DNA from: Desulfocapsa sulfexigens DSM 10523
Lineage (GTDB): Bacteria; Desulfobacterota; Desulfobulbia; Desulfobulbales; Desulfocapsaceae
Assembly (NCBI RefSeq): GCF_000341395.1
Contig: NC_020304.1
Coordinates: forward strand, 1,890,001 to 1,922,000
DNA length: 32,000 nt
Direction: 5' to 3'
The notes under the pieces were generated by a model. That model saw nothing but the letters and a program-made list of their open reading frames with translations. It was not told the origin of the DNA and made no database searches. Shown here piece after piece: positions 1 to 8,408 of this stretch. Within the stretch, counting starts at the first letter, position 1; the number at the start of each line of letters is the position of its first letter. Position numbers and translations under genes: made by a program.

Positions 1-147
1 TTAAAAGTATATGAAGTAGGGAAATATTGTGAAATTGGAGATTTTGTGATTAAATTTGGTGATCCTGTTTCTATTGATGGTCGTAGCGGTCAGGTGCTGA
101 GCGGAATACATGAAACCCGTGAGGAAATGCATATCCTGCCAATTTAA
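1..147 (+). CDS. 3' end (48 codons + TAA) of a PEP-utilising enzyme; C-terminal mobile/swivel domain. The 5' end lies outside the window.
   Basis: Frame 1 is open from base 1 to TAA at 145-147. It translates to LKVYEVGKYCEIGDFVIKFGDPVSIDGRSGQVLSGIHETREEMHILPI. The G-D-x-V-x-I-D-G-x-x-G-x-V pattern is typical of the end of PEP-utiliser mobile domains (PpsA / rifampicin-phosphotransferase-like). Motif-level evidence only. Confidence 0.45.
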   Translation, partial: LKVYEVGKYCEIGDFVIKFGDPVSIDGRSGQVLSGIHETREEMHILPI

Positions 148-181
148 GCTTTTTAAATTTTTGTAAAATAGGGAGAATGGA

Positions 182-409
182 ATGGCAAAAAAAGCAAAGA
201 CAACAACACTGTTGAAGGGGCCAGCATTGTCCGCCTATGCCAGAAAGAAGGCCGCCGGACTTGGGCTTGATGGTAAAGGTTTGAAGCTTGCTGATCTTGT
301 GTGGGCGATTCAGGAGAAGGAAGGTAACACAGCCTGTTTTAAAAAAGAAGAAACCTGTAACCAGACAGGATGCTGCTGGCAGCTTTCGTGTGGTGCAAAA
401 ATGGGTTGA
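182..409 (+). CDS. Small (75 aa) hypothetical protein with a Lys/Ala-rich N-terminus, a SAP/HeH-like helix and a C-terminal Cys-rich tail.
   Basis: ATG at 182 is preceded by GGGAGA (171-176). The ORF is followed by a strong intrinsic terminator (472-516). The C-terminal 24 residues, CFKKEETCNQTGCCWQLSCGAKMG, carry 5 Cys. I do not recognise a family. Confidence 0.55.
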   Translation: MAKKAKTTTLLKGPALSAYARKKAAGLGLDGKGLKLADLVWAIQEKEGNTACFKKEETCNQTGCCWQLSCGAKMG

Positions 410-471
410 TCAGAAGGCAGATTTTATTTTGTATTAAAAAAAACTGCATATTACTCCTCTTTCTATCTGAT

Positions 472-516
472 CTGCTCCATGCTCTGTTTTATGGCAACAT
501 GGAGCAGTTTTTTTTC
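472..516 (+). terminator. Rho-independent terminator after the small Cys-rich ORF.
   Basis: 10-bp perfect stem: ctgctccatg (472-481) pairs with catggagcag (498-507). A run of 9 T follows (508-516). Confidence 0.7.
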
Positions 517-521
517 GTTAT

Positions 522-743
522 TTATTTATGGCGACATACAGGCACGCCAAGTGCCTTTAAAATCAGCCCTAATGGGCAGAATTTGGTGAATCCAAACTGA
601 AATAAGTTTAGGCCCACAAAGGCAGTTCCAAACAGCCAGTATTTGTGCATGAACAATGGATTACTGCCACAGTCGACACCAAGTGCCATTGTCAGTAGAA
701 TGAAAAATCCAGCTATGGTGTGAATCCAGTCAGTTACTATCAT
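522..743 (-). CDS. DUF2892 (YgaP-like) small inner-membrane protein.
   Basis: 73 aa with two hydrophobic helices and the characteristic F-x-K-F-C-P-L-x-x-I-L-K-x-L-G motif. ATG at 743. GAGG lies 9 nt upstream on the minus strand. Confidence 0.75.
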   Translation of the reverse strand: MIVTDWIHTIAGFFILLTMALGVDCGSNPLFMHKYWLFGTAFVGLNLFQFGFTKFCPLGLILKALGVPVCRHK

Positions 744-837
744 AATGTTTGCCTCATAAAGAATTTATGCTGAGAATGGATATTATTTAAGGAAACCATA
801 ATATAGCTTTGGATATTTGTCCAGCCCGGAAACTTAG

Positions 838-1926
838 TTATGAGAGTTTATGTCTCCTACGCTGACCTGTGCTGCTTTTTTTTATCCGGAAGAAATTGAA
901 TGCTACGCAGAGCAGAATACCACCCCCCACTCCTAGAAAGAATTTTCCCCAGCCTGAGTCGTCCGTTGCGTCAGTTTTTTCCTGAAGCTGTTCTGTAGGT
1001 ACAGGGTCGGCCTTGCCGGTGGAGGGTGGCAAGGTATCTTGAACAACGGGTTCTGGAACAGTCGTTGTTGTTTCCGGTCTCGGTTCAATTTTTGCGAAGG
1101 CATTATTGAGGAGTGCTGTGGCTTGGGCATCTCTAACTTTTCGATCCTTGCTTCCCATAACAACGGCAATAAGACGAACTCCATTTCGTTTTGCCGTGGC
1201 AGCGATGGAGAAGCCAGCCTTGGTGAAGTACCCCGTTTTAAAGCCGTCACAACCGTCAAGCGTTTCGAGGAGATGGTTGTGGGTGCGCATGATAAATTCA
1301 CCGCCACGAAAGTCTCTCACTCTTGTTCCTGTATATTGAAAAACTTGTGACCGTTTACTTAATGCCTGGCAGAGGGTGGCAAAATCTCTTGCCGTTGTGA
1401 CATCAACCTCCTGGCCTTTTGCCGGTGGTAAACCGTGTACGGAGTGGAATGTGGTACTGTTCATACCCAACTCCCTGGCCTTCTCATTCATTAAAACAAT
1501 GAAGGCCTCTTTGGATCCAGCAACATGGCTGGCCAGGGCAACTGCTGCATCATTGGCCGATTGAATCATCAGAGCGTAGAGTAGTTCTTCCAGGGGAAAC
1601 TGCTCTTTGGAGTCAAGATATACCTGTGAACCACCCATTTTCGCTGCTTCCACTGTTACTGGAACTATCTCGTCCAGCTGCAGCGTTCCCGCTTCGATCT
1701 GATCAAGAATAACAAGAAGAACCATCAGTTTCAGGGTACTTGCAGGATATACTGCGACGTCTGCATTCCTGGAAAAAAGAACCTCACCATTATCTGCGTC
1801 AATTACAACGGCAGATGCATAGGGTTCGGCAGCCACAGTCTTAATCGCAGCACGTCCTGCCCATGATGTTTGACTGGTAAGAACAAAAATAAATGTACTG
1901 AGGATGATGTAGTTTTTTATTTGCAT
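838..1926 (-). CDS. D-alanyl-D-alanine carboxypeptidase (serine peptidase S11, PBP5/6-like) with a C-terminal membrane anchor.
   Basis: SxxK (ASTLKLM), SxN (QSANDA) and KTG (FKTGYF) motifs are in the right order. I trimmed the ORF-track start (GTG at 2067) to ATG at 1926 (MQIKNYIILSTFIFVLTSQTSWA), which gives a classic signal peptide and removes the overlap with the upstream gene. Confidence 0.9.
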   Translation of the reverse strand: MQIKNYIILSTFIFVLTSQTSWAGRAAIKTVAAEPYASAVVIDADNGEVLFSRNADVAVYPASTLKLMVLLVILDQIEAGTLQLDEIVPVTVEAAKMGGSQVYLDSKEQFPLEELLYALMIQSANDAAVALASHVAGSKEAFIVLMNEKARELGMNSTTFHSVHGLPPAKGQEVDVTTARDFATLCQALSKRSQVFQYTGTRVRDFRGGEFIMRTHNHLLETLDGCDGFKTGYFTKAGFSIAATAKRNGVRLIAVVMGSKDRKVRDAQATALLNNAFAKIEPRPETTTTVPEPVVQDTLPPSTGKADPVPTEQLQEKTDATDDSGWGKFFLGVGGGILLCVAFNFFRIKKSSTGQRRRHKLS

Positions 1927-2005
1927 GATTTTAATAGGTTGTTTTTGGATAATCTGATATCTGTACTGGGTTTGAAAAGTTTTAATCAATGCTTCATTGA
2001 TGTGA

Positions 2006-2608
2006 TTACTTGCATTCGGGCCATCCGAATCCCCACCTCCAGGGAAGATCGGTGCATGGCATGCCACCGATACGGACTGCCCCGTACATTATGTTGGCAA
2101 TACCTGCATAGATTTGTTTCAGTTCTGTTTCGGAAATAGTATACGCTTTTGTCAGAGCTGCGCTGCGTTTGTCGCCCGTTTCAATAACGCAGGCTTTTAA
2201 ATCAAGATCTGCCTTTCTCCGTGCCTCAAAGCTTAATACAGCCGTGTCTGTTTTTGCTCCACCTGTGTGATATGCCAGATCGTGGATTTCGCAACATACC
2301 TGCCAGGGGGGGGTGTTTCCGTGGGTCTTCTCGAAACCAGGTACCCTGTCTGCCAAGTATTCCCAGCCGACGCTCAGCCCACCGCTGCAGCCATCGCTTA
2401 CAAATTTTGTAAGGCTGGCATTAGGATTATTTTTGGCAAGGAGTAACTTCTCCTGGAGTATTAATTCCAGATGGCGTTCCAGAGTGTCGACATCGGCCTG
2501 CAAAGAAGATACGGATTCTGTGCTCGTGTCTCGTGATGTGATTAGAATAAACAGTACTGCTAGTATGGCAAGTATCGCCAATGTTAGTTTTATCTTTGAA
2601 TGTTTCAT
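2006..2608 (-). CDS. Membrane-anchored or exported Cys-rich protein with a phospholipase-A2-like CCxxHDxxY motif.
   Basis: From ATG at 2608 (MKHSKIKLTLAILAILAVLFILI) there is an N-terminal TM/signal anchor. Downstream lie DGCSGG and WQVCCEIHDLAYHTGG, which resemble the secreted PLA2 catalytic signature. The frame stays open a further 82 codons up to a TTG at 2854 with no RBS, so the start is uncertain. The functional call is weak. Confidence 0.55.
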   Translation of the reverse strand: MKHSKIKLTLAILAILAVLFILITSRDTSTESVSSLQADVDTLERHLELILQEKLLLAKNNPNASLTKFVSDGCSGGLSVGWEYLADRVPGFEKTHGNTPPWQVCCEIHDLAYHTGGAKTDTAVLSFEARRKADLDLKACVIETGDKRSAALTKAYTISETELKQIYAGIANIMYGAVRIGGMPCTDLPWRWGFGWPECK

Positions 2609-3079
2609 AGGGCTTGGTTGCGGTGGATGTTTTGTGGAATCGTTAAAAGCTGAGGCGGATGCAGAAATAAGATTCCATTTGCTAACATCTTCCGTGTTAT
2701 ATTTCTTGATCCTGATAGAGTAGGCATAGTATGAACGTTCAGCACCCGTCGCAAGCTTTTGCTTATAGCGTTTTTTGAATTCTACTCTGTAATCATCACT
2801 GGATGAAGCGAAATAATTGTGCAGGACCTGTTGCCTGTCTCGAATAAGTGTCAAGTTGTGTCATAAATTGGAGGTGGGTAGAAGGGAGGTATTTTGATAA
2901 CTGTGTCTGGCACGACCGATTTATCACCAGAGCCACTCCATGTTTTTGTATGTTAAAATTATTGACAGGTGAGAAAGTGTTAGAAGAAACTGCAAAGGAA
3001 GAATGGTCTGCAGGAAAGAACCTGCTATGATCCAGGAGTTATTTTGAAAAAAGGTAGAAATAACAGTAAATCCTGTCCT

Positions 3080-3133
3080 GAAAAAAAGAAATCCGGCGAA
3101 TAGGGAAAGGGATGAGACTTTCCCGATTCGCCG
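3080..3133 (-). terminator. Rho-independent terminator downstream of the ArsR-family gene.
   Basis: 16-bp arms: cggcgaatagggaaag (3094-3109) and ctttcccgattcgccg (3118-3133), with 1 mismatch and an 8-nt loop. On the minus strand a T-rich run follows (plus-strand A-run 3081-3087). Confidence 0.65.
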
Positions 3134-3145
3134 TGCCTCTCTCTT

Positions 3146-3436
3146 TTATTTCATACTAGGACAGAACAGCGCCTGCATTTTACCCATCAATTCAATAATT
3201 CTTGGATCCTGAATACGGTTATATATGAAGTTAGCATCCTTGCGATAATCGATGATCCCCTGACTGCGAAGGATGTTCAAGTGTTGGGAAACATTAGCAT
3301 TGGTTGTTTTTACTTCTTCTCTGATATCACCAACGGACATTTCATTATCCTGTAGCAGGCAGAGAATTTTCAAGCGTATGGGGTGGGACATGGATTTCAG
3401 GAGTTTGGACATGGCATCAATTTGTTCGTTTTCCAT
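3146..3436 (-). CDS. ArsR/SmtB-family winged-helix transcriptional regulator.
   Basis: 96 aa. HPIRLKILCLLQDNEMSVGDIREEVKTTNANVSQHLNILRSQGII is the canonical ArsR HTH. GAGGT lies 5 nt upstream of ATG at 3436. It lacks the CVC arsenite-binding motif, so the effector is unknown. Confidence 0.9.
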   Translation of the reverse strand: MENEQIDAMSKLLKSMSHPIRLKILCLLQDNEMSVGDIREEVKTTNANVSQHLNILRSQGIIDYRKDANFIYNRIQDPRIIELMGKMQALFCPSMK

Positions 3437-3465
3437 GGATTACCTCGCGTCAAGTAAAGACTGCA

Positions 3466-3945
3466 TTATTGTGTGTGGAAGTGTAGTTGTTCTTTCTTCG
3501 GAAAGAGAAACAGGTAGAGTGCTCCTGATAATACGGCCATACATGCATACATGTACATATCTGGAACAATCCTGTTTTCCTGACGAAAAAGGGCTAAAAT
3601 TGAAAGCAACGGCAGTAGCTGGTACGCCAGACGATGACTGAGCAGTAGCTCTCTAATAATGTAAACATGAATGATTGGTGCGATAAAGCCGAGTAACAAT
3701 GAAAAAGCCGAATTTCCATGAAGATAGACAAAAAGAGCTTGTTTGATGGTTAAGAGCGTGAGGAGGATAACCAGAAACAGGGTTATGACGAATGTTTTCT
3801 TTTTACGATCACCACGAGGCAGGTTGTTCAATTGGTTTATCAGCTCGTTTCTGTTACTGTCGGTAACGAGTTGCTTGTAAATTACCTCTTTGCTCTGGCC
3901 TTGCTGAAGTAAAATTTTTATTTGTTTTTCTAAAGTATGGCGCAT
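3466..3945 (-). CDS. Hypothetical integral membrane protein, co-transcribed upstream of arsR.
   Basis: 159 aa with a soluble N-terminal ~45 aa and then 3-4 hydrophobic helices. It is 29 nt from the arsR start on the same strand. No recognisable family and no clear RBS. Confidence 0.5.
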   Translation of the reverse strand: MRHTLEKQIKILLQQGQSKEVIYKQLVTDSNRNELINQLNNLPRGDRKKKTFVITLFLVILLTLLTIKQALFVYLHGNSAFSLLLGFIAPIIHVYIIRELLLSHRLAYQLLPLLSILALFRQENRIVPDMYMYACMAVLSGALYLFLFPKKEQLHFHTQ

Positions 3946-4220
3946 TTTGAAGTGATATCAGCTGAGAAGCCTATTGTATTACAGGTGTTTGCTAAAGAAA
4001 TCCTAACATTCTGAAAAAGTTAGCCTATGAATACTGGTTTTCCCGGAGAAAGAAAAGAAAAAAAATGAATTCTAACATAACTAAAACTGATACCAGCGAT
4101 TTTTTTTTTTATTTGACAGAAGGCTGGTAAAATGGAATATGGTAGGGCCTCTTGGAATGTTACAACCTTAATTTTGTATGATGGAAAATAGAGAGCTAAG
4201 TTGCTGAATAGTATCTTGTT

Positions 4221-4235
4221 ATCAGTATTACTGAT
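4221..4235. promoter_or_regulatory. Perfect 7-1-7 palindrome ATCAGTA-T-TACTGAT upstream of acs; candidate operator.
   Basis: Read directly from the sequence. It sits about 110-125 nt upstream of the acs ATG, inside a 398-nt non-coding region. No known regulator is assigned. Confidence 0.25.
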
Positions 4236-4343
4236 TGGTCTGCTATTCGTTGATTTGGCAAAACGACTAAGGACTCACCCCGAAACGAACTATCAATTTG
4301 CAGTTTGTTTTTTAGGTGAGCTCTGTAAACGGAGATTATTTTT

Positions 4344-6335
4344 ATGAGTTCAACTGACGATAAAATCACAAGCCTGTTAAGCGAAGGAAGAGTTTTCGAG
4401 CCACCAGTCGAAGGGAGAGAGGCTGCTGCCATTGGAAGCCTTGAAGAATACAAAGCGATCTACAAGCGATCCATAGAAGATCCTGAAGGATACTGGGCAG
4501 AACGTGCCGAAGAGCTTGTGACTTGGGACAAGAAATGGGATACCGTGCTTGAAGCCGATTTCGACAAACCTGAGTTTAGTTGGTTTAAGGGTGGAAAGAT
4601 GAACGTATCTTACAACTGCCTTGATCGTCATCTTGAAAATGGCCGCCGTAATAAGGCTGCTATTATCTGGCAGGGTGAACCTGAGGAAGATGTTAAGGTG
4701 TACACCTATCAGATGCTGCATACAGAAGTGTGTCGTTTTGCAAATGTTCTGAAGAAAAAGGGCGTGAAAAAGGGAGATCGGGTTTCCATCTATCTTCCCA
4801 TGATTCCCGAGCTGTCCATTGCACTTCTTGCCTGTGCCCGAATCGGTGCCATGCACTCCGTCGTCTTTGCCGGTTTTTCTTCGGTTGCTCTGCAGAGTCG
4901 TATTCAGGATTGTGAAGCCAAGGTTCTGGTTACTGCTGATGCGGTAATTCGTGCCGGAAAAACCATTCCACTCAAGCCGAATGCCGATGAGGCCTTGAGC
5001 GAATGTGATACCGTTAAAAACTGTATTGTTGTGAAACGTGGCGGCAATGAAGTTTCCATGACAGAAGGACGTGACACCTGGTGGCACGATGAGGTTACAG
5101 CAGATGATATTGCCTCAACCTGTGAGCCTGAGTCCATGGATGCCGAGGATATCCTCTTCATTCTGTATACTTCTGGTTCCACGGGTAAGCCAAAGGGGGT
5201 TGTACACACCACAGGGGGCTATCTTACTTACGCCATGCATACCTGTCAGTATGTCTTTGATTTGAAAGATAATGATGTTTACTGGTGTACTGCTGATATC
5301 GGCTGGGTTACCGGTCATTCCTATATCCTTTACGGGCCTCTTGGACTTGGTGCTACTTCCGTTATGTTTGAAGGCGTTCCAACCTATCCCGGCCCGGATC
5401 GTTTTTGGAAGATTGTTGAAAAATTTCAGGTAAATATTTTCTACACAGCCCCCACCGTTATTCGTGCCCTCATGCGTGATGGTGACGGACCTACCCAGCG
5501 CTATGATCTCTCAAGCCTCCGTATCCTAGGTTCAGTTGGTGAGCCCATCAATCCAGAAGCCTGGATGTGGTACCATGTAAATATCGGTAAAGAGAAGCTG
5601 CCCATCGTTGATACCTGGTGGCAGACAGAGACCGGTGGCATCATGATTTCACCACTGCCCTATGCAACACCAACCAAACCCGGTTCAGCAAGTCTGCCCC
5701 TTCCCGGAATTGATGTGGCTATTTACACCGAAGAAGGAGGAGAAGCCAGCCCCAACGAAGGTGGTCACCTTGTTGTTCGTAAACCCTGGCCTGGAATGCT
5801 TCGTGGTGTATTTGGTGATCCTGCACGGTACAAAAAAGCCTATTTCAGTCGTTATAAGGATACCTACGATCCTGAAGATGGAGCGCGTAAGGATGATGAC
5901 GGCTATTTCTGGATCATGGGACGTCTTGACGATGTTGTAAATGTTTCCGGTCATCGTTTGGGTACTGCAGAAATTGAGTCTGCCCTTGTCTCTCATCCAC
6001 AGATTGCAGAGGCTGCTGTAGTTGGCATGCCCCATCCGATTAAGGGACAAGCCGTCTACGCATTTGTTACTCCAAACACCGGTGTTGAGCAATCTCCTGA
6101 GTTGCTTGCGGAATTGCGGACTCATGTACGAAAAGAGATTGGGCCAATTGCTACCCCGGATGCGATCCAGTATGCCCCAGGTCTGCCAAAGACCAGAAGT
6201 GGTAAAATCATGCGTCGTGTCCTGCGTAAGATTGCAGCAAATGACTTTAAGGATTTTGGAGACACCTCAACCCTTGCCGATCCTTCAGTTGTTGATGATC
6301 TGATTAATGGTAAGAAAGCATTGGATAAAAAATAA
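4344..6335 (+). CDS. acs: Acetyl-CoA synthetase (AMP-forming).
   Basis: 663 aa. AMP-binding signature [19 protein letters not shown], and C-terminal [11 protein letters not shown] carrying the conserved catalytic/acetylatable Lys. GGAG lies 9 nt upstream of the ATG. Confidence 0.97.
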   Translation: MSSTDDKITSLLSEGRVFEPPVEGREAAAIGSLEEYKAIYKRSIEDPEGYWAERAEELVTWDKKWDTVLEADFDKPEFSWFKGGKMNVSYNCLDRHLENGRRNKAAIIWQGEPEEDVKVYTYQMLHTEVCRFANVLKKKGVKKGDRVSIYLPMIPELSIALLACARIGAMHSVVFAGFSSVALQSRIQDCEAKVLVTADAVIRAGKTIPLKPNADEALSECDTVKNCIVVKRGGNEVSMTEGRDTWWHDEVTADDIASTCEPESMDAEDILFILYTSGSTGKPKGVVHTTGGYLTYAMHTCQYVFDLKDNDVYWCTADIGWVTGHSYILYGPLGLGATSVMFEGVPTYPGPDRFWKIVEKFQVNIFYTAPTVIRALMRDGDGPTQRYDLSSLRILGSVGEPINPEAWMWYHVNIGKEKLPIVDTWWQTETGGIMISPLPYATPTKPGSASLPLPGIDVAIYTEEGGEASPNEGGHLVVRKPWPGMLRGVFGDPARYKKAYFSRYKDTYDPEDGARKDDDGYFWIMGRLDDVVNVSGHRLGTAEIESALVSHPQIAEAAVVGMPHPIKGQAVYAFVTPNTGVEQSPELLAELRTHVRKEIGPIATPDAIQYAPGLPKTRSGKIMRRVLRKIAANDFKDFGDTSTLADPSVVDDLINGKKALDKK

Positions 6336-6411
6336 CACTTTGTTTATTTTCATAAGTACTGCAATTCAAAAGAAGGAATTTCCAGATTTGGGGATTTTTA
6401 TGTGAAGTGAA

Positions 6412-6448
6412 AAGCGGGGTTTTCTGTTGAAGAAAATCCCGCTTTTTT
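6412..6448 (+). terminator. Rho-independent terminator/attenuator between acs and the DUF294 gene.
   Basis: 13-bp stem: aagcggggttttc (6412-6424) pairs with gaaaatcccgctt (6432-6444), with one G-U pair and a 7-nt loop. The T-run is at 6443-6448. Confidence 0.7.
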
Positions 6449-6477
6449 GTTTGTCAGGAGTGGTCGCGGGAGAAACC

Positions 6478-8406
6478 ATGGCACCAAGTGATGATGTTCA
6501 TAACGTAGCGCCTGAAATGGCAATAGCCTTTTTCAGGAGTATTCTGCCATTTAACAGCCTTGATGATGCTACGCTCAACGACCTTGCTCACCATTGCCGT
6601 GTTGATTTCTACCCCAAGGGAACCCGTATCCTGAAACAGGGTGAAACTGATATTACTCATTTGTACCTTATTCAGCGTGGTGGCGTGAAGGCCTTTATCG
6701 AAGATGATCAGGGGGATGTGACCCTTAAGGATTTTCGTGGGGTTGGCGCCTATATCGGTGCACTGGGAATTATTCGTGGAACTCCTGCAAACCTGAACAT
6801 TGAGACAGTGGAGGACACCTTCTGTTTTCTGCTGCCCCGGGAGATTTTCCTAAGGCTTGTTGAGCAGGAGCCTTCTTTTGCTCATTATTATTTGAAAAGT
6901 TTTTCTGAAAAGATCGTCACCACTGCCTACAATGAGCTTCGCCACCATAAGGTTTCGAATCGTAGTGGTGATGATCTCTATCTTTTTTCGGTACGGGTTG
7001 GTGATCTGGTAAAAACGCTGCGCAAGGTTTCCAGTGGAAGTTCAATTCAGGAGGCAGCGGCCAGTATGGCTGAACACCGTGTTGGTAGTCTTCTTGTATA
7101 TGATCCCGCCGATGAAGAGAATATCGTTGGTATTATAACCGATCGTGACCTTCGGAGTAAGGTGGTCGCCGCAGGACTGGACTACAATCTCCCTGTGGAA
7201 AATATCATGACGGGGCCAGTACAGACGGTGCTTTCCCAGTCGCTTTGTTTTGATGTCCTGCTGAAAATGATGACAACATCCATTCATCACCTGGCAGTGG
7301 AGCGTGGTGGTCGTGTTATTGGCGTGGTGACTTCCCATGATATTATGTTGCTTCAGGGCCATTCGCCCTATTATTTATTTAAAGAGATACGTGGGCAGCA
7401 GCAAATCAGTGGCCTGTATGTTCTGGCTCAGAAGATTCCCGATGTTATTCGCGGTCTGATTAAAGAGGGGGCCAAGGCCGGCAATATTACCCAGATGATA
7501 GCGATCTTGAACGATCATATTCTCGAACGTATGTTGACACTTCTTGAAAAGGAATTGGGGCCGCCACCCGTTCCTTACTGCTGGCTGCTTATGGGGAGTG
7601 AAGGCCGACGGGAGCAGACCTTTAAAACAGATCAGGATAATGCCATACTCTATGCCGATCCTGTAAATGATGAGGAGAAGCTTGCGGCCGAAAACTATTT
7701 CAAGGGTTTTGCGGAAAAAGCCATTGGCCATCTGGTCAACTGCGGATATCCGCTATGTCCAGGTTTTATAATGGCCACCAACCCCAGATGGTGTCAGCCG
7801 CTCTCTGTGTGGAAGGACTATTTCAGTAAATGGATAGATGCGCCGGATCCTGCTGAACTTCTGAATGCCACTATCTTTTTTGATTTTCGTTCAGGTTTTG
7901 GTGATTCTTCCCTGGCAAGGGATCTGCGGAATCATCTCAATGCCAAGGCCAAAGAGAAGGATATATTTCTTTTTCACCTGGCCCGGCAGTGCATGGCCAC
8001 ACGTGTGCCGCTTTCCTTTTTCAAAAACTTTATTGTGAATAAGGATGGGGAACACAAGAATCGTCTTGACATTAAAGGACAGGGACTGACTCCATTTGTG
8101 AACTTTGCGCGTGTTCTTGCCCTGAAAAATGGTATCAGTGAAACCAATACCCTTGCCCGCCTCAAAGCTCTCTATGATGCGGATTTCATTAATCGAGAAA
8201 TCTGGTCGTCTGCCAATGATGCGTACGAACTGCAGATGCAGCAGCGTTTAATTCATCAGCTGTCGCAGATTGAAGAGGGTGTCCTGCCAGATAATCATAT
8301 CAATCCTGAACAGTTATCTGATCTTGATAAGCGGATGTTGAAGGATGCTTTTACCATTATTGAAAGGCTTTACTCCGTGCTTGATAAAATGTACCCGGTT
8401 GCCTGA
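6478..8406 (+). CDS. Cyclic-nucleotide-binding + tandem CBS + DUF294 putative nucleotidyltransferase (with DUF294_C substrate-binding domain).
   Basis: 642 aa from ATG at 6478 (GGGAGA 4 nt upstream). The ORF-track TTG at 6427 lies inside the acs terminator. The N-terminal cNMP-binding beta-barrel includes FYPKGTRILKQGE...YLIQRGGV. Two CBS motifs are present (IVGIITDRDL and VIGVVTSHDI). The pol-beta NTase signature is GSEGRREQTFKTDQDNAILY. Confidence 0.85.
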   Translation: MAPSDDVHNVAPEMAIAFFRSILPFNSLDDATLNDLAHHCRVDFYPKGTRILKQGETDITHLYLIQRGGVKAFIEDDQGDVTLKDFRGVGAYIGALGIIRGTPANLNIETVEDTFCFLLPREIFLRLVEQEPSFAHYYLKSFSEKIVTTAYNELRHHKVSNRSGDDLYLFSVRVGDLVKTLRKVSSGSSIQEAAASMAEHRVGSLLVYDPADEENIVGIITDRDLRSKVVAAGLDYNLPVENIMTGPVQTVLSQSLCFDVLLKMMTTSIHHLAVERGGRVIGVVTSHDIMLLQGHSPYYLFKEIRGQQQISGLYVLAQKIPDVIRGLIKEGAKAGNITQMIAILNDHILERMLTLLEKELGPPPVPYCWLLMGSEGRREQTFKTDQDNAILYADPVNDEEKLAAENYFKGFAEKAIGHLVNCGYPLCPGFIMATNPRWCQPLSVWKDYFSKWIDAPDPAELLNATIFFDFRSGFGDSSLARDLRNHLNAKAKEKDIFLFHLARQCMATRVPLSFFKNFIVNKDGEHKNRLDIKGQGLTPFVNFARVLALKNGISETNTLARLKALYDADFINREIWSSANDAYELQMQQRLIHQLSQIEEGVLPDNHINPEQLSDLDKRMLKDAFTIIERLYSVLDKMYPVA

Positions 8407-8408
8407 AA

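Noticed and set aside
2848-3030. 60-aa plus-strand ORF (GTG start) in the region between the PLA2-like gene and arsR.
   Set aside because: It has no RBS, a Cys/Trp-rich improbable composition, and no terminator or partner context. It is probably a random ORF, and I keep it only as a very low-probability small protein.
4113-4141. TTGACA hexamer after a T10 tract as the acs promoter.
   Set aside because: At 17-nt spacing the -10 candidate is AATATG (3/6), and the good TAAAAT hexamer is only 10 nt away. This is not enough to call a promoter.
4377-5087. 236-aa ORF antisense to acs (also 4904-5212, 5685-6125 and 4196-4453).
   Set aside because: These lie entirely inside, or overlap the start of, the strongly supported acs CDS on the opposite strand. 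They have low-complexity, non-protein-like composition and no RBS. They are typical shadow ORFs.
6427-6477. ORF-track TTG start that extends the DUF294 protein by 17 residues (MKKIPLFCLSGVVAGET).
   Set aside because: The TTG sits in the loop/right arm of the acs terminator hairpin. A downstream ATG at 6478 has a proper GGGAGA RBS.
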